Of a DNA stretch of 64,000 bases, positions 20,683 to 33,898 are shown in pieces. Origin of the DNA: Nannocystis radixulma (GTDB taxonomy: Bacteria > Myxococcota_A > Polyangia > Nannocystales > Nannocystaceae); assembly GCF_028369095.1 (NCBI RefSeq), contig NZ_JAQNDN010000024.1, positions 25,350 to 89,349 of the forward strand, given 5' to 3'. The translations under genes were made by a program, and so were the position numbers. Position 1 is the stretch's first letter. Every line of letters begins with the position of its first letter. Under the pieces are notes generated by a model, which made no database searches, had not been told where the DNA came from, and saw only the letters and a list, made by a program, of their open reading frames with translations.

Positions 20683-20712
20683 AAGGGGGACACGTCCCCC
20701 TTTTCGCTTTTG
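20683..20712 (+). terminator. Rho-independent terminator after rpsO
   Basis: Stem GGGGGAC-AC-GTCCCCC followed by TTTTCGCTTTTG. Confidence 0.85.
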
Positions 20713-20848
20713 TGCCGCTGGCGCCCGCGCAGGTCAGCCGCGCTGATCGGCCGTGGGAACGCGCCGGAACGCCGGCGCGGGCGCGACACGTCCGACGCCC
20801 CGACGGGCGGGACAAAGATTTCGAGTCCACGGCGGAAAGTTTCCCCCA

Positions 20849-22954
20849 ATGAACGTCATCACCGAGACCTGCGCCGTCGGCGAGGTCCAGATCAGCATCG
20901 AGACCGGCAAGCTCGCCAAGCAGTCCAGCGCCGTCGTCGTGCGCTGCGGCGAGACAGCCGTGCTCGTCACGGCGGTCAGCAGCAAGGAGCCGAAGGATCT
21001 TCCGTTCCTCCCGCTCACCTGCGAGTACCGCGAGTACCCCGCCGCCGCCGGCAAGATCCCCGGCGGTTATTTCAAGCGTGAAGGTCGCCCCACCGAGTGG
21101 GAGACCTTGACCTGTCGCTTCATCGATCGGCCGATCCGGCCGCTCTTCCCCAAGAGCTATCGCAGCGACACCCAGATCATCGCCACCGTGCTGTCGCACG
21201 ACAAGGTGCACGAGCCCGATATCCTGGCGATCACCGGCGCCTCGGCGGCGCTGCACATCAGCGACGCGCCGTGGGCCGGGCCGATCGCCGGCGTCCGCGT
21301 CGCGCGTGTGCAGGGCAAGCTGGTCGCGTTCCCGTCGTGGGACCAGATGAAGGTCGCCGACATCCTGCTCGTCGTCGCGGCCAGCCGCGACGCGATCGTG
21401 ATGGTCGAGGGCGGCGGCGATCAGATCCCCGAGAAGGACATGATCGACGCCCTCATGTTCGCGCACGAGTCGGCGCAGCCGCTGCTCGAGGCGCAGGAGC
21501 GTCTGCGCGAGCACGCCGGCAAGCCCAAGCGCGTGCACGTCGAGCCGGCCGTCGACGAGGCGTTCCGCGCCGAGGTCATGGCCGCGGCCGACGCCGACGT
21601 GCGGGCCGCGTTCTCGATCACCGGCAAGCACGAGCGCCGCGACGCGCTCGCGGCGGCCAACAAGAAGGTGATCGAGCGCTTCGCCGCCAGCCACCCCGAG
21701 CGCACGTCCGAGGTGTTCGCGGCGCTCGGCAAGCTCGAGAAGAAGGTCGTGCGCAGCCGCGTGATCAAGGAGGGCCGCCGGCTCGACGGCCGCGGCACCC
21801 GCGACGTGCGCCCGATCTACATCGAGGCCCACCCGTTCCCGCGGCCGCACGGCTCGGCGCTGTTCCAGCGCGGCGAGACGCAGGCGCTGGCGACCGTCAC
21901 CCTCGGCACCGAGAGCGACGCGCAGCGGCTCGACACCATCCGCGGCGACGTCACGCGCAGCTTCATGCTGCACTACAACTTCCTCCCGTTCTGCACCGGC
22001 GAGGCCAAGCCGATCCGCGGCCAGTCGCGGCGCGAGGTCGGCCACGGCGCGCTGGCCGAGCGGGCGCTGAAGCACGTCCTGCCGGCGCACGAGAAGTTCC
22101 CGTACACCATCCGGATCGTCAGCGAGACGCTCGAGTCGAACGGCTCGTCGTCGATGGCGGCGGTGTGCGGCGGCTGCCTGGCGATGATGGACGCCGGCGT
22201 GCCGATCAAGGCGCCGGTCGCCGGCGTCGCCATGGGCCTGATGCAGGAGGGCGGCGAGATCGCCATCCTCTCCGACATCCTCGGCGACGAGGATCACCTC
22301 GGCGACATGGACTTCAAGGTGACCGGCACCAAGACCGGCATCACCGCGCTGCAGATGGACATCAAGATCGAGGGCCTGACCCGTCAGATCCTCGAGGCCG
22401 CGCTCGACCAGGCGCGCGAGTCCCGGCTGCACATCCTCGGCAAGATGCTCGAGGTGCTGGCTGAGCCGCGGGCCGACATCAGCAAGCACGCGCCGCGCAT
22501 CGTCACGATGCAGGTCAAGGTCGACAAGATCCGCGAGGTCATCGGCCCCGGCGGCAAGACGATCCGCGCGATCATCGAGCAGACCGGCTGCGTCATCAAC
22601 ATCGAGGACTCGGGCCGGGTGGCGATCGCCAGCAACGACATCGCCCAGATCGAGCGGGCCAAGCGGCTCATCGAGGGCCTCATCGCCGAGCCCGAGGTGG
22701 GCGCGACCTACCACGGGGTGGTCAAGCGGATCGTCGACTTCGGCGCCTTCGTCGAGATCCTCCCGGGCACCGACGGCCTCGTCCACATCTCGGAGCTCGA
22801 GGACAAGCGCGTCGACCGCGTGACCGACGTGGTCCAGGAGGGCGACGAGGTCGTGGTGAAGGTCATCAATGTCGATCCCACCGGCAAGATCCGCCTCAGC
22901 CGCCGCGCCGCCTTCGGGGTCGACCCCTCCGAGGTCCAGAACCTGCGAGGGTGA
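20849..22954 (+). CDS. pnp: Polyribonucleotide nucleotidyltransferase (PNPase)
   Basis: Two RNase PH domains, a KH domain and an S1 domain. Conserved rpsO-pnp synteny. Confidence 0.95.
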   Translation: MNVITETCAVGEVQISIETGKLAKQSSAVVVRCGETAVLVTAVSSKEPKDLPFLPLTCEYREYPAAAGKIPGGYFKREGRPTEWETLTCRFIDRPIRPLFPKSYRSDTQIIATVLSHDKVHEPDILAITGASAALHISDAPWAGPIAGVRVARVQGKLVAFPSWDQMKVADILLVVAASRDAIVMVEGGGDQIPEKDMIDALMFAHESAQPLLEAQERLREHAGKPKRVHVEPAVDEAFRAEVMAAADADVRAAFSITGKHERRDALAAANKKVIERFAASHPERTSEVFAALGKLEKKVVRSRVIKEGRRLDGRGTRDVRPIYIEAHPFPRPHGSALFQRGETQALATVTLGTESDAQRLDTIRGDVTRSFMLHYNFLPFCTGEAKPIRGQSRREVGHGALAERALKHVLPAHEKFPYTIRIVSETLESNGSSSMAAVCGGCLAMMDAGVPIKAPVAGVAMGLMQEGGEIAILSDILGDEDHLGDMDFKVTGTKTGITALQMDIKIEGLTRQILEAALDQARESRLHILGKMLEVLAEPRADISKHAPRIVTMQVKVDKIREVIGPGGKTIRAIIEQTGCVINIEDSGRVAIASNDIAQIERAKRLIEGLIAEPEVGATYHGVVKRIVDFGAFVEILPGTDGLVHISELEDKRVDRVTDVVQEGDEVVVKVINVDPTGKIRLSRRAAFGVDPSEVQNLRG

Positions 22955-22958
22955 GCGA

Positions 22959-23411
22959 ATGTCGCACGTCGCGCCGACGCTGCTGGTCCGCAAGGTCCAT
23001 CCTGACGCCCAGCTGCCGGCGCGCATGAGCGCGGACGCGGCCGGAATGGACCTGGCGGCCTGTCTGCCCACGGGCCCGATCGAGCTGGCGCCCGGGGAAC
23101 GCCGTTTAATTCCCACGGGCGTCGCCGTCGCTATCCCGGCCGGCCACGAGGGTCAGGTGCGTCCGCGATCGGGGTTGGCCCTGAAGCACGGGCTCTCGAT
23201 CGTGAACGCACCAGGTACAATCGACGCCGACTACCGTGGGGAGCTCAAGGTCATCCTGGTCAATCTCGGGGCCGCGCCGTTCGTCGTCGCGCACGGCGAG
23301 CGGATCGCTCAGCTCGTGGTCGCCCCTGTCGTCTTTCCCGCAGTCGTCGAGGTCTCCGACCTGCCGGCGGCCGAGCGGGGTGAAGGTGGCTTCGGCAGCA
23401 CCGGCGTCTAG
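22959..23411 (+). CDS. dut: dUTP diphosphatase
   Basis: dUTPase motifs ([18 protein letters not shown]). Confidence 0.9.
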   Translation: MSHVAPTLLVRKVHPDAQLPARMSADAAGMDLAACLPTGPIELAPGERRLIPTGVAVAIPAGHEGQVRPRSGLALKHGLSIVNAPGTIDADYRGELKVILVNLGAAPFVVAHGERIAQLVVAPVVFPAVVEVSDLPAAERGEGGFGSTGV

Positions 23412-23426
23412 CCGCGGGAGCGTCTC

Positions 23427-25007
23427 ATGGAGTTGAGCCCCGGCACTTCGAACTCGGACGAGACCCACACCATGTTGTGCGGGCGCTTCGAGCTCATGCG
23501 CGAGGAGCCCGCCAACACCGGCGTGCAGCTCTTCGGCCCCACGCTCGCGGTCCTCGACACCCAGAGCGGCGAGCCGGCTCGCGCCTGTGTCCTCGACGCT
23601 GCGCTGTTGCCCACGCCCGAGGCCCGTGCCGCCTTCGTGCGCGAGCTCGGCGAGCTCGGCGAGCTGCAGGACTCCTCGCTCGTGCCCCAGGTGTTCGTCG
23701 GTCAAGACGGCGATCGCGTGGTCGTCTGTTACGACCCGCTGCAGGGGGCGTTCGCGCTGCGCGACATGGACGACGGCCCGCGCTCGTCGGACCTCGCCAA
23801 CGAGCTGCAGCGGCTCGCGCGTCAGCTCGCGCGCGCCCTCGCGACCTTGCACGCCCGCGACCGCGTCCACGGCATGCTCGCGGGCGAGGCGGTGTTCGTC
23901 GGTCCGCGCGGCCCGGCGGCGTTCCAGCACGGGTTCGCCCCGCTGTGCGCCCGCGCCGAGCTCGAGCGGCGGTGGAGCACCGTCGACCAGTCGTTGCTCG
24001 CGCCCGAGGTGCTGGCCGGCGGCGGCTTCACGCCGCTGTCCGACACCTACGCGTGGGGCGTCGCGCTCATGGAGTTCGCCACCGGCCTGCGTGGCGCCGC
24101 GGCCCTCCGCGCCGCCGAGCCGCCTGGGCTGCAGGCCGGTCTGTGGGCGCTGATCGGCGCCAGCCTGTCCGCCGATCCGTCGGCCCGTCCGCAAGACGGC
24201 GCCGAGCTGGTGCGTCGCCTCGAGTCGCTCGCGCTCGCCGGCACGGCCGAGGCCGCGCCCGAGCCGATCATCGATCTCACCCCCCCCACGCCGCCGCCGC
24301 CGCCTCCGCCGCCGCGGCCCAACACCAAGCCGCCGGTGTCGAACTCGGCGCCGCTGCCGTCGGCGCCGCCGCCGGTCGCGGTGCCACCTGTCCTCGAGAC
24401 CCTGTCCGTTCCAACAGGTCCTTCGGCACCTGGCGTTTCGGTCAGAGAGCCGCCGAAGGTCACCGCCTCGGCGCCGGTCGAGCAGCCGGTCATGGGCCTC
24501 GAAGATCTGCTGTTCGGCGAGGGCTCGATCCGGCCCAACAGCGTGGCGGCGCTGCGCTCGAGCTCGATCCCCTCGGGCACCTTCGCGGCGGTCAGCGCCG
24601 GCGGCTTCGCCAACCCGCAAGATCCGTCGGGGCGCTCCAACAGCGGGCTGCGCCGCGTGCACGTCCTCACCGAGGACAGCATCGTGCGCCGCGGCTCGCC
24701 GTCGCGGCCCGACATCGTCATCGAGCCGAGCGTCAGCGAGAGCGTCCCGGCGGCGAGCCGCTCCGACGTGCGCGATCGTGAAGAGAAGAAAGTGGAAGCG
24801 CCGGCAGCTGCGGCGCTGGCAGCTGCCGCGCCGGCCCCCGAGCCCCCGGTCACGCCGCTCGTGTCGCTGCCGTCGCCGGTCGCCGAGTCGCGTCCGCCGG
24901 TGCCCAAGCCGCCGGAGCTTCCCGCGCCGAAGCGGACCGACAGCGGCTTCTGGCTGGTGATCGCCGCGCTGCTGCTCGCCGTCGTCCTGGCGTGGGCGTT
25001 CACCTGA
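23427..25007 (+). CDS. Membrane-anchored protein-kinase-like protein, probably a pseudokinase, with a Pro-rich linker and C-terminal TM helix
   Basis: HARD…HG…AGEAV resembles a degenerate HRD catalytic loop. There is no clean GxGxxG/VAIK motif. A C-terminal hydrophobic anchor is present. Confidence 0.5.
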   Translation: MELSPGTSNSDETHTMLCGRFELMREEPANTGVQLFGPTLAVLDTQSGEPARACVLDAALLPTPEARAAFVRELGELGELQDSSLVPQVFVGQDGDRVVVCYDPLQGAFALRDMDDGPRSSDLANELQRLARQLARALATLHARDRVHGMLAGEAVFVGPRGPAAFQHGFAPLCARAELERRWSTVDQSLLAPEVLAGGGFTPLSDTYAWGVALMEFATGLRGAAALRAAEPPGLQAGLWALIGASLSADPSARPQDGAELVRRLESLALAGTAEAAPEPIIDLTPPTPPPPPPPPRPNTKPPVSNSAPLPSAPPPVAVPPVLETLSVPTGPSAPGVSVREPPKVTASAPVEQPVMGLEDLLFGEGSIRPNSVAALRSSSIPSGTFAAVSAGGFANPQDPSGRSNSGLRRVHVLTEDSIVRRGSPSRPDIVIEPSVSESVPAASRSDVRDREEKKVEAPAAAALAAAAPAPEPPVTPLVSLPSPVAESRPPVPKPPELPAPKRTDSGFWLVIAALLLAVVLAWAFT

Positions 25008-25050
25008 GCGCGCCCCCCGCGCGGCGCGGTCCGGGTATGGTCCGCGCCGC

Positions 25051-26043
25051 ATGGCGGTCACCGACTCCACGTCCCCCGAGATGCGGCGCGCGTTGGCGCC
25101 GGGCGGCACCCTCGACGCGTTGCCGGACGATTTCGATGTCCTCGGCGCGCGCTACAGCGGCAAGGTCCGCGAGAACTTCACGCGCGGCGGCGAGCGCCTG
25201 ATCCTCGTCACCGACCGCGTCAGCGCCTTCGACGTCGTGCTCGGCACCATCCCGTTCAAGGGCCAGGTGCTCAACGGCCTCGCGCGCTTCTGGTTCGACG
25301 CCACCGCCGCGATCTTCCCCAATCACATGCTCGGCGTACCTGACCCTCAGGCCATGCGGGCGGTCGAGTGCACGCCGATCCCGGTCGAGTTCGTGGTGCG
25401 CGGCTACCTCACCGGCGTCAGCGACACCAGCATCGCCCGCGCCTACGAGCGCGGCGAGCGGACCTTCTGCGGCCACGCCTTGCCCGACGGCCTGCGCCGC
25501 CACGACAAGTTGCCGGAGAGCCTGCTGACGCCCTCGACCAAGGCGCCCAAGGGTCAGCACGACATCAGCGTCAGCCGGGACTGGCTGGTCGAGCGTGGCC
25601 TCATCGACCGCGAGCGCTACGACGTGCTCGAGCGCCGCTGCTTGGCGCTGTTCGCCGCCGGACAGAAGATCGCCGCCGAGCGCGGGCTCATCCTCGTCGA
25701 CACCAAGTACGAGCTCGGCGTCCGACCCGACGGCGAGATCGTGCTCATCGACGAGATCCACACCCCGGACAGCTCGCGCTACTGGTACGCCGACAGCTAC
25801 GCGCAGGCGATGGCCCGCGGCGAGGATCCGCGCAGCCTCGACAAGGAGTACCTGCGGCGCTGGCTGGTCGCGCAGGGCTTCCGCGGCGAGGGTCCGCCGC
25901 CGGTGTTGCCCGACGAGATCCGCGCGGAAGCGGCGCGGCGCTACATCGAGGTCCACGAGCTCATCACCGGGCGGACCTTCGAGCCCGACGTCGAACCGCC
26001 GGTCGCGCGCCTGCGGCGGAACCTCGGCCTGCCGCCGCGCTGA
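25051..26043 (+). CDS. purC: Phosphoribosylaminoimidazole-succinocarboxamide synthase (SAICAR synthetase)
   Basis: SAICAR synthetase family sequence across the full length. Confidence 0.9.
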   Translation: MAVTDSTSPEMRRALAPGGTLDALPDDFDVLGARYSGKVRENFTRGGERLILVTDRVSAFDVVLGTIPFKGQVLNGLARFWFDATAAIFPNHMLGVPDPQAMRAVECTPIPVEFVVRGYLTGVSDTSIARAYERGERTFCGHALPDGLRRHDKLPESLLTPSTKAPKGQHDISVSRDWLVERGLIDRERYDVLERRCLALFAAGQKIAAERGLILVDTKYELGVRPDGEIVLIDEIHTPDSSRYWYADSYAQAMARGEDPRSLDKEYLRRWLVAQGFRGEGPPPVLPDEIRAEAARRYIEVHELITGRTFEPDVEPPVARLRRNLGLPPR

Positions 26044-26090
26044 AGCGGCGAGCCTTGCAAACCGGAGGCGGGCGGGTCACGCTGGCGGCG

Positions 26091-26456
26091 ATGACGTCGC
26101 TCGTCGCTTCCTGCCTCGCTTTCACCTTCGGCCTGATCGTCTGCTCGGCGCTCCTGCCGGGGATGATGGTGCGTGACCTGTGGAGCGCCTTCAAAGCCGC
26201 CGTGATCTGCGGGCTCCTCAGCGCCGTGCTCGGCAAGGTGCTGTTCTTCCTGCTGTCGCTGGTGTTCTTCTTCCCGATCTTGATCAGCGGCCCGCTGGGC
26301 GCCTTTTTGGTCCAGGCGTTCGTCAACGCGATCCTGCTCGTCATCACCGAGAACCTGGTCGACGGGGTCCGCTTCGTCCGCTGGCGCACGGCGCTGTGGG
26401 CGGCGATCGGTCTGACGCTGCTGCAGATGTTGGTCACGCGCGCGGTCGCCGGTTAG
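26091..26456 (+). CDS. Small 4-TM membrane protein, phage-holin-4_2/DUF360-like
   Basis: About 120 aa and strongly hydrophobic. The family assignment is tentative. Confidence 0.45.
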   Translation: MTSLVASCLAFTFGLIVCSALLPGMMVRDLWSAFKAAVICGLLSAVLGKVLFFLLSLVFFFPILISGPLGAFLVQAFVNAILLVITENLVDGVRFVRWRTALWAAIGLTLLQMLVTRAVAG

Positions 26457-26542
26457 CGAGCAGCTGTCCGCGCGTCGGCTCACGACTTCGGCGGTGGCGC
26501 CGCCCGGCCTCACTGGTTGCGTGCTGCTACGCTTCGCGCGCC

Positions 26543-27931
<1,389 letters not shown>

Positions 27932-27947
27932 GCACTGGTGCTGCATC

Positions 27948-29097
27948 ATGAACGACGCAACGAGCATCCTCCCCGAGCACAACAAGGTCACCGAGCAGCT
28001 CGCCCGCCTTGCGCACCGCCTGAACGAGCTGCGGAGGCATCTTTGACTACGACGGCAAGCGTGAGAAGTTAGAGGAGCTCGACGCGCAGACCGCCGACCC
28101 GGCGTTCTGGGCCAACAACGATCGCGCGCAGGACGTGCTGCGCGAGCAGTCGACGCTGAAGAAGGTCATCGCCGACCTCGACGAGGCCAAGACCCGCTAC
28201 GACGACGCGCAGACGCTGTACGAGCTCGGGCGCGAGGAGGGCGACGACGCCAGCATCCGCGATGCCTGGTCGGCGCTCGAGTCGCTCGACGCGCGCGTCG
28301 GCAAGATGGAGTTCCGCCGCATGTTGTCGGGGCAGCACGACGAAAAGGGCGTGCTGCTCAGCATCAACGCCGGCGCCGGCGGGGTCGACAGCCAGGACTG
28401 GGCGCAGATGCTGATGCGCATGTACATGCGCTGGGCCGAGCGCCACGGCTTCAAGGTCGAGGTGCTCGACGTCCAGGACGCCGAGCAGGCCGGCATCCGC
28501 AGCGCCGAGCTCGCCATCACCGGCGAGTTCGCCTACGGCTACCTGCGCTCGGAGATCGGCGTGCACCGGCTGGTCCGGATCTCGCCGTTCGACGCCAACG
28601 CGCGCCGTCAGACCAGCTTCGCCAGCGTCATGGCGCTGCCCGATCTCGGCGACGAGGACTTCGACATCGAGGTCAACGAGGCCGACCTCGAGGTCGACAC
28701 GTTCCGCTCGAGCGGCGCCGGCGGTCAGCACGTCAACAAGACCGACTCGGCGGTGCGCCTGCGCCACTTGCCGACCGGCATCGTCGTCGCCTGCCAGGTC
28801 GAGCGCTCGCAGCACAAGAACAAGGCCACGGCGATGCGCATGCTGAAGGCCAAGCTGTGGGACCTCGAGCAGCAGCGCCGCGAGGCCGAGCGCGAGACCC
28901 TGCAGGGCGAGCGCAAGAAGATCGAGTGGGGCAGCCAGATCCGCTCGTACGTGCTGCAGCCGTACCAGCAGGTCAACGACCACCGCACCGAGATCAAGAG
29001 CTCGGCCGTGCACGCCGTCCTCGACGGCGACCTCGACGAGTTCATCGAGGCCTACCTCCTGCAACAGTCGCAGTCGCCCGCGGAAGCGCCGTCGTGA
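27948..29097 (+). CDS. prfB: Peptide chain release factor 2, requiring a programmed +1 ribosomal frameshift. The frame-0 segment is 27948-28043 and the +1 segment is 28045-29097.
   Basis: The frame-0 ORF ends at CTT TGA C with an internal GGAGG 3 nt upstream. The +1 frame continues into the RF2 domains, including the GGQ motif SGAGGQHVNKTDSAVR. Confidence 0.9.
28031..28047 (+). promoter_or_regulatory. prfB autoregulatory +1 frameshift site (internal SD GGAGG + CTT TGA C)
   Basis: Sequence gcGGAGGcatCTTTGAC. It is the canonical RF2 frameshift cassette. Confidence 0.85.
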
Positions 29098-31148
29098 GTC
29101 GCAACGCCGCCCGCCCCGCCGCGCCGCCCAGGGCGGAGGCTCCCCCGAGCCTCCACTGGCAGATCGCGTGGCGGCACCTGCGGGCCGGCGATCGCCCGCC
29201 GAGCTGGGCCTGGCCGGCCGTCGGCCTCGCCGTCTATCTCCTGATCGTCGGCGGCGGCTTCGTGCTGTACGCCCTCTACGGCTTCGCCCCGGTCGATCCG
29301 AGCCTGCCCGAGCGCGTCGCGCTCGACTCGAGCCTCGTCGGCCTCGGCTTCGACCCGACGTTGCACCTGCCGCCGCCGGCGCAGGCGTACTTCGGGGTCC
29401 TCGGCGCGATCACGCTGTTGCTCGGCGCGGGCCTGTTGCTCGGCGCCGTGCTGTCGCTGGTGTTCACGCTGCTGGCCACCGTCATCACCGTCAGCGTCAT
29501 GCTCGGCTGCATGGCGCTGGTCGTCGTGCTCAGCCTGATGACCGGCCTCGAGCTCGAGCTGCGCGACAAGATCCTCGGCCAGCGCGCGCACATCCGCGTC
29601 AGCGCGGCCGACGGGCGCCCCTTCGCCGACTACCGCGACCTCGCCCACGCGATCGCCGACAAACCCGGGATCCTCGGCGCCAGCCCCTACCTGCAGGGCG
29701 AGGTGATGGTCCGCAGCGGCTTCCAGCGCCAGGGCGGGATCCTCCTCGGCATCGACCCCGAGCTGCACCGCAGTGTGTCGAACCTGCCCGACATCATGCG
29801 CGAGGGCGACTACGAGTTCCTCTCGCACCCCGAGCGGATCCCCGAGTCGGAGTTCGGCTTCGACATCACGCCGGTCGAGCCGCCGAAGAGCGACGAGCCG
29901 GACGCGGCCCCCGACGACAAGGGCGGCGGCGCCACGGGTCTGCCTCTTCCGACAGGTTCTGAAGACCATGTCCCCGAGGACATCCCGAGCCAGGCCGTCG
30001 ACGACGACCCCGACGGGGGCTGGGAGGACCCCGAGGTCGAGATCCCGGCGCTGCGCAAGAAGGGCGTGATCCCGGCGGCCAAGCCGGCGATCGAGGACAA
30101 GCCGACCGCCGTCCCGACCTCGCCGGCCACCGCGATCCCGACCATCCCGCGCAGCCCGTTCGGCGTGGTCGCCAGCGGCGACGAGGACGAGGGCTGGGAG
30201 GACCCGGAGGTCGAGATCGGCAAGCTGCGCGCGTCCGGCAAGTTGCCGCCGCCGCCGAAGCCGAGCGAGGAGACGCCTCCGCCGCCGCCGGAGCCCGCGG
30301 TCGACGTCGACACCGAGGAACCGGGGTCGAGCCGCGCGCTGGTCGACGGCCTCTTGATCGGCAGCGAGAAGGCCAAGGAGCTGGCGGCGCGCACCGGCGA
30401 CCAGGTCCAACTGATCACCCCGATCGGGCGCATGACCCCCGCCGGCCGGATCCCCGGCGTCATGGCCGTGCGCGTCGCCGGGGTGTTCGACGCCGATCAC
30501 TACGACTACGACCGCTGGCTCGTGTACGCCTCGCTGCCGGTGGCCCAGGCGTTCCTGCGCGCCGGCGACCGCGTCACCGGCATCGAGGTCAAGGTCGACG
30601 ACATCGAGCAGCTCGACGTGCGCAAGCAGGCGGTTCAGGACGCGGTCGACGCCGCAGGGCGCAGCGACCTCATCGTCCAGGACTGGCAGGAGCTGAACCG
30701 CAGCCTGTTCTCGGCGATGGCGCTCGAGAAGATCGCCGTGTTCGTCGCGTTGCTGTGCGTCATCCTGGTCGCCTCGTTCGGGATCCTCGGCTCCAACCTC
30801 ATGAGCGTGCTCGAGAAGTCGAAGGAGATAGCGATCCTCAAGACGATGGGCTGCACCGACGCTCTCATCCAGCGGATCTTCATCTCCGAGGGCCTGTGCC
30901 TCGGGATCCTCGGCGGGATCCTCGGCATCGTCACCGGCATCGGCCTGTGCGGCCTCCTCGACCGCTTTGGCCTGCCGCTCGGCGGCACGCTGCAGAGCTT
31001 CGAGCAGCTGCCCGTCTTCATCGACGGGTTCGAGGTCGTCCTGGTCGGCGTGTCGTCGCTCGTCATCGTCTGGCTGTCGAGCCTCTACCCGGCGCGGATC
31101 GCCTCGCGCATGCGCCCGGTCGACGCCCTCCGGCAGGCGGAGCGATGA
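29094..31148 (+). CDS. LolC/E-family (FtsX-like) ABC transporter permease with an expanded periplasmic region containing a duplicated acidic 'GGWEDPEVEIP' repeat
   Basis: WRHLRAG N-terminus, a MacB-like periplasmic domain and a C-terminal FtsX 4-TM bundle. The GTG start overlaps the prfB stop. Confidence 0.75.
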   Translation: MSRNAARPAAPPRAEAPPSLHWQIAWRHLRAGDRPPSWAWPAVGLAVYLLIVGGGFVLYALYGFAPVDPSLPERVALDSSLVGLGFDPTLHLPPPAQAYFGVLGAITLLLGAGLLLGAVLSLVFTLLATVITVSVMLGCMALVVVLSLMTGLELELRDKILGQRAHIRVSAADGRPFADYRDLAHAIADKPGILGASPYLQGEVMVRSGFQRQGGILLGIDPELHRSVSNLPDIMREGDYEFLSHPERIPESEFGFDITPVEPPKSDEPDAAPDDKGGGATGLPLPTGSEDHVPEDIPSQAVDDDPDGGWEDPEVEIPALRKKGVIPAAKPAIEDKPTAVPTSPATAIPTIPRSPFGVVASGDEDEGWEDPEVEIGKLRASGKLPPPPKPSEETPPPPPEPAVDVDTEEPGSSRALVDGLLIGSEKAKELAARTGDQVQLITPIGRMTPAGRIPGVMAVRVAGVFDADHYDYDRWLVYASLPVAQAFLRAGDRVTGIEVKVDDIEQLDVRKQAVQDAVDAAGRSDLIVQDWQELNRSLFSAMALEKIAVFVALLCVILVASFGILGSNLMSVLEKSKEIAILKTMGCTDALIQRIFISEGLCLGILGGILGIVTGIGLCGLLDRFGLPLGGTLQSFEQLPVFIDGFEVVLVGVSSLVIVWLSSLYPARIASRMRPVDALRQAER

Positions 31149-32989
31149 GCCTGTCGCTGCGGGTGGCCTGGCGGCACCTGCGAGCCCGCCAGCCAGCGCG
31201 CTGGGCTCGCCCGCTGGGCGCCTGCGCGCTCGTCCTCGTGATCGCCGGCGCGGCCGCGGTGCTGTGGTCGCGCGGCCAGCCGGTCTCGCTCATCGACGAC
31301 GAGATGCCGCTGCCGACGCTCGCCTACGTGCTCGGCAGCTTGGGCCTGTTCATCGGCCTGCTCGTGCTCAGCTTCGCCGCGACGATCCGCGGCTTCACGC
31401 TCCTCGTGGCGATCACCGGCTACTCGGTGGCCCAGGGCTGCGCCGCGCTGGTGTTGGTCCTGAGCCTGCTCGACGGCCTCGAGAGCGACCTGCAGCGGCG
31501 CTTGCTCGGACACCGCGCGCACCTGCGGATCTCGCCGCCGCCGGGCTCCGAGATCGTGACCCCCGAGCCGCTGGTGGCTCGCGTCGAGGTGGTGCCCGAG
31601 GTCGTCGGCGTCAGCCCCGAGCTCGCCGGCCCGATCATGATCCGCAGCGGCTTCGGCCGCGCCGGCGTCAACCTCGTCGGCGTCGATCCCGTCCTGCACG
31701 CGCGCGCCTCGGGCCTGCCCGGGGAGGTCGTCGAGGGCGACTACACCGCCTTCCTCGACCCGTCGCTGCTGCCGCAGCGCCCGTTCCCCACGCTGTCGGA
31801 CGCGATCGAGCCCGAGCCCGAGCCCAAGCCCCGCGAATCAGATGCCCTCCCAGGCAGGTCCGAAGAGACAGGTTCCGAAGACCATGTCGATCCGCCGGCC
31901 GGCGACGACGGCGAGGACGACGGCGGCTGGGAGGATCCGGAGCAGGAGATCCCGCGGCTGCGCGCCGAGGGGAGCATCCCGCCCGCGCGCGCCCCGGTGG
32001 TGGTGCCGCCGCCACCCGTCGCGGACGACGAGGACGACGGCGGCGGCTGGGAAGATCCGGAGCAGGAGATCCCGCGGCTGCGCGCCGAGGGCAAGATCCC
32101 CGCTGCCCGGTTGCCCGTGGTCGTCGAGGAGGAGCCGCCGGCCGAGGAGCCCGCGGAGGCGGCCGAGGCCGAGAGTCCAACGGCGGACGAGCCGCGGACG
32201 GTGCCGGTGCTGCTGGGCATCGAGCTAGCGGCCGAGCTCAGCGTCAGCGCCGGCGACCCGGTGCAGCTCATCACCCCGGAGGGCCGCATGACCCCCGCGG
32301 GGCTCGTGCCCGGCGTCCTGCAGGCCCGGGTCGCCGGCGTCTACGCCACCGGCGTCTACGACGACGATCGCGACTTCGCCTACGTCCCGCTGACCGACGC
32401 CCAGGCGTTCTTGCGGGCGCCGGGCGCGGTCACCTCGATCGCCGTCCGCCTCGGCGACCCCGAGGCGCTCACCGCCGCCAAGGCCGCCGTCGTCGCCGTC
32501 GCCGGCCCGGAGCTGGTGGTCGAGGACTGGCGCCAGATCCACCACGGTCTGTTCTCCGCGATGTTCCTCGAGAAGGTCGCGATGTTCGTCGCGCTGCTGT
32601 TCGTGATCCTCGTCGCCGCGTTCGGGATCCTCGCCACCAACATGATGAGCGTCATGGAGCGGTCGGCCGAGATCGCCATCCTGAAGGCCATGGGGGCCCA
32701 TGATCGCCTGATCGCCGGAATCTTCGCGCTCGAGGGAATAATCGTCGGCGGCGTCGGTTGTGTCGGTGGGATCGCCGCGGGTCTGGCCCTCTGCGCGTGG
32801 TTCGGCGAGCACGGCATCCCCCTGCGCAGCAGTGCGTTCACCCTCGAAGCGCTGCCGCTGCGCGTCGATCCGTGGGAGGTCGCGCTCGTCGCTGCCGCCG
32901 CGCTCGTGCTCGTGGGCCTGGCCAGCGTGCTCCCCGCGCGTGCCGCGGCGGCGCTGCGTCCTGTCGACGGCCTCCGGCGCGGCGAGTGA
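31145..32989 (+). CDS. Second LolC/E-family ABC permease paralog, with two near-identical '[19 protein letters not shown]' repeats
   Basis: [10 protein letters not shown]-terminus and an FtsX C-terminus. It overlaps the previous gene by ATGA. Confidence 0.75.
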   Translation: MSLSLRVAWRHLRARQPARWARPLGACALVLVIAGAAAVLWSRGQPVSLIDDEMPLPTLAYVLGSLGLFIGLLVLSFAATIRGFTLLVAITGYSVAQGCAALVLVLSLLDGLESDLQRRLLGHRAHLRISPPPGSEIVTPEPLVARVEVVPEVVGVSPELAGPIMIRSGFGRAGVNLVGVDPVLHARASGLPGEVVEGDYTAFLDPSLLPQRPFPTLSDAIEPEPEPKPRESDALPGRSEETGSEDHVDPPAGDDGEDDGGWEDPEQEIPRLRAEGSIPPARAPVVVPPPPVADDEDDGGGWEDPEQEIPRLRAEGKIPAARLPVVVEEEPPAEEPAEAAEAESPTADEPRTVPVLLGIELAAELSVSAGDPVQLITPEGRMTPAGLVPGVLQARVAGVYATGVYDDDRDFAYVPLTDAQAFLRAPGAVTSIAVRLGDPEALTAAKAAVVAVAGPELVVEDWRQIHHGLFSAMFLEKVAMFVALLFVILVAAFGILATNMMSVMERSAEIAILKAMGAHDRLIAGIFALEGIIVGGVGCVGGIAAGLALCAWFGEHGIPLRSSAFTLEALPLRVDPWEVALVAAAALVLVGLASVLPARAAAALRPVDGLRRGE

Positions 32990-33137
32990 CCCGCAAGCCG
33001 CATTGACAGGGGATTTCAGCGCGTCTAGGGTTGCGCCGGCAACGGCCCCCATGAGTGCGAGCGCTGATCGAGCTGTACGGCCTGAAACGGGCGGGAGCGC
33101 GGGTTCTGGACCTGTGTCGTCCGGCGGGACGGCGCTC

Positions 33138-33854
33138 GTGCGCGTCGTCAACATGGTCAAGGAATTCACGCACGGCGCCCAGGTGCTGCAGGTGCTGCGT
33201 GGCGTCGACCTCACGCTCGAGCCGGGCGAGATGGTCACGATCATCGGCGCCTCGGGTGCGGGCAAGTCGACGCTCTTGCACTGCCTGGGCACGCTCGACC
33301 TGCCGACGCGCGGGAGCATCTTCTTCGGGTCGACCGACATCACGCGGCTGTCGCCGCCCGAGCTGGCCAGCTTCCGCAACCAGACGATCGGCTTCGTGTT
33401 CCAGTTCCACCACTTGCTGGCCGAGTTCACCGCGCTGGAGAACGCGATGATGCCGGCGCTGATCGGGCGGGTGGCGGTCAAGGAGGCGCGTGAGCGGGCA
33501 GGGGAGATGCTCGCGGCCGTCGGCCTGTCCCACCGCCTCAATCACCGGCCGGGCGAGCTGTCGGGCGGCGAGCAGCAGCGCGTAGCGATCGCCCGCGCGC
33601 TGGTGATGCAGCCGGCCCTGCTGCTGGCCGACGAGCCGACAGGCAACCTCGACACGCGGACCAGCGAAGAGGTGCACGACCTGCTCTTCCGCCTCAACGA
33701 AGAGCGGAAGATGACGCTGCTGATCGTCACCCACAACATGGAGCTGGCGTGGAAGGTCCCGCGCCGGATCCGCATGGAAGACGGACGTCTCGTCGACGAT
33801 CAGCGCGGCCCGGGCCGCGCCGGCGACGAGCGGAGCGCCGCGAAAGCCCAGTGA
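33138..33854 (+). CDS. lolD: Lipoprotein-releasing system ATP-binding protein LolD-like ABC ATPase
   Basis: Walker [10 protein letters not shown], signature [15 protein letters not shown], and Walker B LLLADEPT. The start is at 33138 (GTG) or 33153 (ATG). Confidence 0.85.
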   Translation: MRVVNMVKEFTHGAQVLQVLRGVDLTLEPGEMVTIIGASGAGKSTLLHCLGTLDLPTRGSIFFGSTDITRLSPPELASFRNQTIGFVFQFHHLLAEFTALENAMMPALIGRVAVKEARERAGEMLAAVGLSHRLNHRPGELSGGEQQRVAIARALVMQPALLLADEPTGNLDTRTSEEVHDLLFRLNEERKMTLLIVTHNMELAWKVPRRIRMEDGRLVDDQRGPGRAGDERSAAKAQ

Positions 33855-33898
33855 CGGAGCGTCGTCCTTACAGCTCCGCCCGCGGAGTAGTCCTCCCC

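Noticed and set aside
20654-23116. 820-aa minus-strand ORF antisense to pnp/dut
   Set aside because: Same high-GC artefact. pnp and dut on the plus strand have clear family signatures.
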